A stretch of 31,938 nt of DNA from a virus (Duplodnaviria > Caudoviricetes), in IMG/VR virus record IMGVR_UViG_3300040985_002016, positions 1 through 31,938 of that record; one strand, 5' to 3'. The stretch's first letter is position 1; every line of letters starts with the position of its first letter. A program made the translations under genes and the position numbers. The notes below the pieces were generated by a model. The model did no database searches. It was not told where the DNA came from and worked only from the letters and a program-made list of their open reading frames with translations. Below are positions 28,174 through 31,938 of this stretch, piece after piece.

Positions 28174-28355
28174 ACCACGATCGAACGCCAGACAAGGCCC
28201 CTCCGCCCATCGCAGAAGAGCCAAGAGAGGAGTGGAGGAGAGGGGCCACGTGGACCACGTGGACCAAAGGAGAGTGGAGGGCCAGAGACGCGACCGAGGC
28301 TGCAGGGTGGCTTGTGTGGGGAACCGTGGCTTGGCTGGTAGAGGTGTGGCGATGA
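28170..28355 (+). CDS. Trp-rich mini-protein of the EVWR family
   Basis: GATWTTW..RDATEAA..VEVWR; coupled at both ends. Confidence 0.55.
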   Translation: MNHDRTPDKAPPPIAEEPREEWRRGATWTTWTKGEWRARDATEAAGWLVWGTVAWLVEVWR

Positions 28356-28960
28356 GCGGATCTCTTGGCATCGATCCCGGCCTGACCAGCGGCGCAGCGG
28401 TGCTCCTGGGAGAGGACGGGCTGCTCGACTGGACGGATCCCTGTTGGTACACCTGGCAACAGCTCCACCGGAAAAAGGGCACCGTGTGGCGCGTCCGCAA
28501 CGCCAAAGGAGAGTGGACGGCCAACTCACCCTTCACAGCGCTCCGCATCGGACGAAACCGCACCCACATGACCATGGCCATACCGGACGTGCTCGCCGTG
28601 GAGCTCATCTTCGCGCAGTCAAGGCCGCAGATGGGTCTGGTGGCGCTGGCCGAGGCCGCTGGCGCAGCGGTGCAGCTCTACTGGGGCGCTCCCAAGGTCA
28701 TCCGCCCGAGCGCGGCGAGCTGGCGCAAGCATGTCCTGTGCATTCCCGGCAACACAAAGGCCAAAGAGGCGGACAGGGCAGCAAGGGCGCACATCATCCG
28801 AACATGCGGAGGCCTCCCGCGCAAGAGGTACGGGGAGCGCGAGGAGCGCCTCACGAGCGTCGAGGTGGGCGCCTTGGTTGACGCGACATGTATCGCGATG
28901 TATGCACTTGACGGCCTGCACAGCGATAGTGCATGCTCCACAGAGAGGGGCGCTCGATGA
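28352..28960 (+). CDS. RuvC-like Holliday junction resolvase
   Basis: LGIDPG, AVE, P....WRK and DA..IA motifs. Confidence 0.85.
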   Translation: MSGSLGIDPGLTSGAAVLLGEDGLLDWTDPCWYTWQQLHRKKGTVWRVRNAKGEWTANSPFTALRIGRNRTHMTMAIPDVLAVELIFAQSRPQMGLVALAEAAGAAVQLYWGAPKVIRPSAASWRKHVLCIPGNTKAKEADRAARAHIIRTCGGLPRKRYGEREERLTSVEVGALVDATCIAMYALDGLHSDSACSTERGAR

Positions 28961-29202
28961 TAGCGACGGACACACGGCACGCCACATGGGACGCCACACA
29001 GACCGCCACACGGGACGCCACATGGGACGCCACACAGACCGCCACACGGGACGCCACATGGGACGCCACACAGACCGCCACACGGGACGCCACATGGGAC
29101 GCCACACAGACCGCCACACGGCACGCCACATGGGCCTCCACCCGGACCGCCACATGGGACGCCAGAAGCGAGGTGTGGAGCGCCCCTTGGGGTACGCAAT
29201 GA
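28957..29202 (+). CDS. xxAT-repeat mini-protein
   Basis: (WDATQTATRDAT)n...WDARSEVW. Confidence 0.6.
   Translation: MIATDTRHATWDATQTATRDATWDATQTATRDATWDATQTATRDATWDATQTATRHATWASTRTATWDARSEVWSAPWGTQ
28981..29124 (+). repeat. 4 x 36-bp tandem repeat built from 12-bp GCCACA units
   Basis: GCCACATGGGACGCCACACAGACCGCCACACGGGAC x4, with one mismatch in the last copy. Confidence 0.95.
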
Positions 29203-29399
29203 AGCGCAAAATCTGGTGGTACAACCCTGGGTGGTGCGTGGCTTCAGCCACGCACGTTGCTACAGGAAGGGCCGCGATGGGCCTTGCGCCTGGATGGGAC
29301 TACTGGCGCGCAGAGCGGAAATTCGTTCAAGGGCCGGCAGCACAGGCGGCGGAGAGGGTCTGGCGTGATGACACGCCCTCAAGGGAGTGGCTGGAATGA
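29199..29399 (+). CDS. Trp-rich mini-protein (diverged family member)
   Basis: ASATHVAT...ERVWR; ATGA-coupled at both ends. Confidence 0.5.
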   Translation: MKRKIWWYNPGWCVASATHVATGRAAMGLAPGWDYWRAERKFVQGPAAQAAERVWRDDTPSREWLE

Positions 29400-30025
29400 T
29401 CTTCACTGACTCTGAGACCGTGCCTCTGTTCCAGGGCAAGGCGAGCGACCTGGACCCGGAGCGGGTGGACGAGCTGGGCAAGAGCGCGAGCCTTGATCCG
29501 CATCGGTCGCGGTTGCTCTGCCTGGGCCTGGCTTGGGAGGAGGAGGAGCCCGAGGTGCACTACGCGCTGCACCCAGAGGACGAGCTTGCGGTCCTGGGCG
29601 TGCTTTGGCGCGTGTTGAAGGAGCACGGTTATCCCATCGTAGGGCATCATGCGCAGGGCTTCGATGGTCCCTATGCGGCTACGCGTGCGCTCTGGTGGTA
29701 CTACCAGACAGGGCGCCCGCTCCTGGCCGAGCTTGTGAAGATGCTGGACCCGAAAGGGCGGTACAGCGATCGGTACTACGACACCACGATCAAGTACCCA
29801 AGCGCATGGGGCCATTTCAAGAGGACCCACAAGCGCAGCGCCAGTGCCATCGCGGGCTTCCTGGGGCAGCCCTACGACGACGCGATCGACGGGTCCATGG
29901 TGTGGAGGGCCTACATCGCGGGGCGCCATACTGACATCCAGGACCATTGCAGGGCAGATGTGGCCAGGAACAGGGACTTGTGGAAGGCCCTGGAAGGAAA
30001 GCTTGAGCGGAGGGGGCGCCTGTGA
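29396..30025 (+). CDS. stand-alone DEDD 3'-5' exonuclease (PolB-exonuclease-like)
   Basis: ExoI TDSET, ExoII GHH..GFD, ExoIII HC.ADV. Confidence 0.8.
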   Translation: MIFTDSETVPLFQGKASDLDPERVDELGKSASLDPHRSRLLCLGLAWEEEEPEVHYALHPEDELAVLGVLWRVLKEHGYPIVGHHAQGFDGPYAATRALWWYYQTGRPLLAELVKMLDPKGRYSDRYYDTTIKYPSAWGHFKRTHKRSASAIAGFLGQPYDDAIDGSMVWRAYIAGRHTDIQDHCRADVARNRDLWKALEGKLERRGRL

Positions 30026-30378
30026 AGCAGCTACGCATAGCGCCAGAGCAGTGGAAGGAGGCAGAAGGGCTCCGAGACCAGAGCACGCCCGAGGGCTCGT
30101 ATCGCTCGGTGAGTTCCGTGTGCCGTGAGGCCCTCGAGGAGGGCTTAGCCGTGTTGCAGCGGTCTGTGCCGGTCACGGTCGTGATCGAGGCCCACACGGA
30201 CTCCACGCTCAAGCAGTGGACCCTGCTCCAGGGCAAGGCGGAAGCGATGGAGCTGGAGCACGACGTGTGGAAGGGGCAGTGCGTGGTGAGAGGGCCCCTC
30301 GAACACGTGACGGAGCTGATCGACTACGCCAGAGGGCTAGACATCGTGGCGCGCGTATGGCGCCAAGGGGAGCTGTGA
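30022..30378 (+). CDS. RHH-like regulator with a small C-terminal alpha/beta domain
   Basis: KQLRI...SVSSVCREALEEGL N-terminus. Confidence 0.55.
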   Translation: MKQLRIAPEQWKEAEGLRDQSTPEGSYRSVSSVCREALEEGLAVLQRSVPVTVVIEAHTDSTLKQWTLLQGKAEAMELEHDVWKGQCVVRGPLEHVTELIDYARGLDIVARVWRQGEL

Positions 30379-30487
30379 TGGACCGGAGCGCGATGAACTG
30401 GGCGGCGGTGCTGTCCGTGTGGGCCTTCTGCTTGGCCGCATGGGCGTGGTTGTGAGTGGCCCAAACCGAGACCAACAGGAGGATGAG

Positions 30488-30922
30488 ATGCAGATAGGGG
30501 AGCTGGTGGGCGCTGTGGCGGACTTGGCTGAGGCCATCCTGCCCGATGAGGACGCCAGAGCGGAGATCGCAGACCGTGAGGGCAAGCTTGGTGAGCTCGT
30601 CCAGAAGGAGCGCGAGCTCTTGGGACAGTTGGCTAAGGTGCGCGGCCTGATCATGGTGCACCGCACCGTGGCAGAGGCCCTGGGTGCGCTGCTCGACAAG
30701 GTGGCCGCGCCCAAGAAAGGGGAGCGTACGCGCGCATCCAAGAGGGAGATCGAGGAGAGGGACGAGAAGGTCAAGGCCATGCTTTCCACCTTCTCCGAAG
30801 GCGTGACCACGAAGGAGGTGGCAACGGCCCAGGACCTCACCCAGGGGCAGGCGAGGGCCTCGCTCAAGCGCATCGGTGCGGACATCGATGGTGAGTACTG
30901 GTACGCAGAGGGGAGCCGATGA
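30488..30922 (+). CDS. coiled-coil plus C-terminal HTH protein
   Basis: AGGAGG upstream; VTTKEVATAQDLTQGQARASLKR. Confidence 0.6.
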   Translation: MQIGELVGAVADLAEAILPDEDARAEIADREGKLGELVQKERELLGQLAKVRGLIMVHRTVAEALGALLDKVAAPKKGERTRASKREIEERDEKVKAMLSTFSEGVTTKEVATAQDLTQGQARASLKRIGADIDGEYWYAEGSR

Positions 30923-31272
30923 GCGTCTATACATCGGTGTCAGTGACGACGAGCGCGCGCGACGCGTTCAAGGCCCAGATCAGAGCAGAGGATGCAATCC
31001 GGGGTAAGGGACGGCGCGCGTTGCACGACGTGCTCACGGAGCTCCTGGAGGAGTACGTCCGACAGTCGCAGGAGGAGGGGCGCAGAGAGGATCTCCGTGA
31101 GCAGAGAGCTCTTGGTCGACCTGCGCGATGGGTGAACGTGACGATCGCTGCGAAAGCTGTGGGGGTACATGCCTCGACGCTGTACGGCCTGAAGGGCATC
31201 GAGAAGGACCGCACACAGACGCCGATGCTTGTAGAGCTAGGCTCCGTCAGGCGTGCTCTGGCGGAGCAATGA
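30919..31272 (+). CDS. DNA-binding protein (RHH-like N-terminus, HTH C-terminus)
   Basis: WVNVTIAAKAVGVHASTLY helix-turn-helix. Confidence 0.6.
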   Translation: MSVYTSVSVTTSARDAFKAQIRAEDAIRGKGRRALHDVLTELLEEYVRQSQEEGRREDLREQRALGRPARWVNVTIAAKAVGVHASTLYGLKGIEKDRTQTPMLVELGSVRRALAEQ

Positions 31273-31463
31273 GGCCGATTGACAGGACGATTGAGGCGCT
31301 GACTGCGCTGAAGGAGTCGGCGGACGGAAGGGCGGACAGGGCGCGTGTCTCGATGGAGAGGCAGGGCTCTGGGCGTGTGAGGGCAATGGAGGCAGCAGCA
31401 AGGGCGGACACGCTGGCGCTGGCCTTGAAGGTGGCCCGTACAGCGGCCAAGGAGGCGGAGTGA
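31269..31463 (+). CDS. small helical hypothetical protein
   Basis: ATGA/GTGA-coupled; MRPIDRTIEAL... Confidence 0.5.
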   Translation: MRPIDRTIEALTALKESADGRADRARVSMERQGSGRVRAMEAAARADTLALALKVARTAAKEAE

Positions 31464-31660
31464 CAGAAGCACGGATGGCACGGATCAGGCTTAGCAATCA
31501 GCTGTACCGCGTAGAGGGAGCAGTGGTACACCGGGCCCATCCACGTACGGTCAACCGCGCAGACGAGGAGGTGTGGAGAGAGGTACACGGGATGGAGTGG
31601 CTGAGCTTCGCTGGCGCCATGATGGCGAGGGAGGAGGTGTGGAGAGCACGGGCATGGTGA
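31460..31660 (+). CDS. EVWR-family mini-protein
   Basis: Two EEVWR motifs (GAGGTGTGGAG at 31568 and 31634). Confidence 0.5.
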   Translation: MTEARMARIRLSNQLYRVEGAVVHRAHPRTVNRADEEVWREVHGMEWLSFAGAMMAREEVWRARAW

Positions 31661-31848
31661 GCAGGACCAGGGAGCTGCAGGCCGCGACCCTGTATGTGAT
31701 CACGCGCACGTTGCGCGCAATGGCGGACGCCGGCGCCACGGTCAATGCCGCCTGGATGACCATGGACCCGACCGAGGACGCCTCGTGGGACTGCATGGAG
31801 CACGTATGGGATGCCAGATGGGGCGTTGAGGAGAGCGGAAAGAACTAA
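31654..31848 (+). CDS. mini-protein, possible diverged family member
   Basis: QAAT..GAT.NAAW..DASWD..HVWDARW. Confidence 0.45.
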   Translation: MVSRTRELQAATLYVITRTLRAMADAGATVNAAWMTMDPTEDASWDCMEHVWDARWGVEESGKN

Positions 31849-31878
31849 CGGAGTGTGATCTGGTCCGTTGATCCCGGG

Positions 31879-31938
31879 CTGTCTCTTATACACATCTCCG
31901 AGCCCACGAGACGGACTCCTATCTCGTATGCCGTCTTC
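31879..31938 (+). other. Nextera adapter read-through with i7 index (library artefact)
   Basis: CTGTCTCTTATACACATCT-CCGAGCCCACGAGAC-GGACTCCT-ATCTCGTATGCCGTCTTC. Confidence 0.98.

Noticed and set aside
27914-29202. CRISPR array
   Set aside because: The repeats are contiguous 12/36-bp units without unique spacers, and no cas genes are present.
27847-29251. Antisense or alternate-frame repeat ORFs (CGVP, WRPV, GRHT repeats)
   Set aside because: By-products of stop-free 12-bp repeats; only the xxAT frame shows start/stop coupling with its neighbours.
23981-29399. Diversity-generating retroelement
   Set aside because: No reverse transcriptase was found, and differences between copies are not adenine-specific.
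1-31938. Terminal inverted Tn5 mosaic ends suggesting a transposon or terminal repeats
   Set aside because: The right end continues into Illumina index and P7 sequence, so these are library adapters; no transposase is present.

Overview
A near-complete, GC-rich tailed-phage genome of about 32 kb, probably a siphovirus (tape measure and tail tube, no sheath). Untrimmed Nextera adapters sit at both ends (1-18, 31879-31938). Gene order: packaging (putative TerS, Mom-like GNAT, TerL), portal, scaffold, major capsid, head-tail and tail genes with a canonical -1 chaperone frameshift, two signal-peptide proteins in the tail-fibre slot, a metallophosphoesterase, an inverted lysis-like cluster, an alpha/beta hydrolase, and a long coupled early/replication operon (SSB-like, DUF6745-like, helicase-PolA fusion, RuvC-like, stand-alone exonuclease, RHH/HTH regulators). 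No integrase, tRNA, CRISPR array or reverse transcriptase was recognised. The best candidate for an undescribed system is a family of about 11 small paralogous Trp/Ala/Thr tetrad-repeat genes. Many end in a shared GAGGTGTGG..(A/G)TGA stop/start module, and they are dispersed through the early operon starting at the DUF6745-like/RQGDV gene pair. Other highlights: a recombination scar stacking two accessory genes between terS and terL, an origin-like repeat array inside the helicase-PolA fusion, and a hidden CTG-start paralogue of a regulator domain. All calls come from motif reading and synteny; no database search was run.
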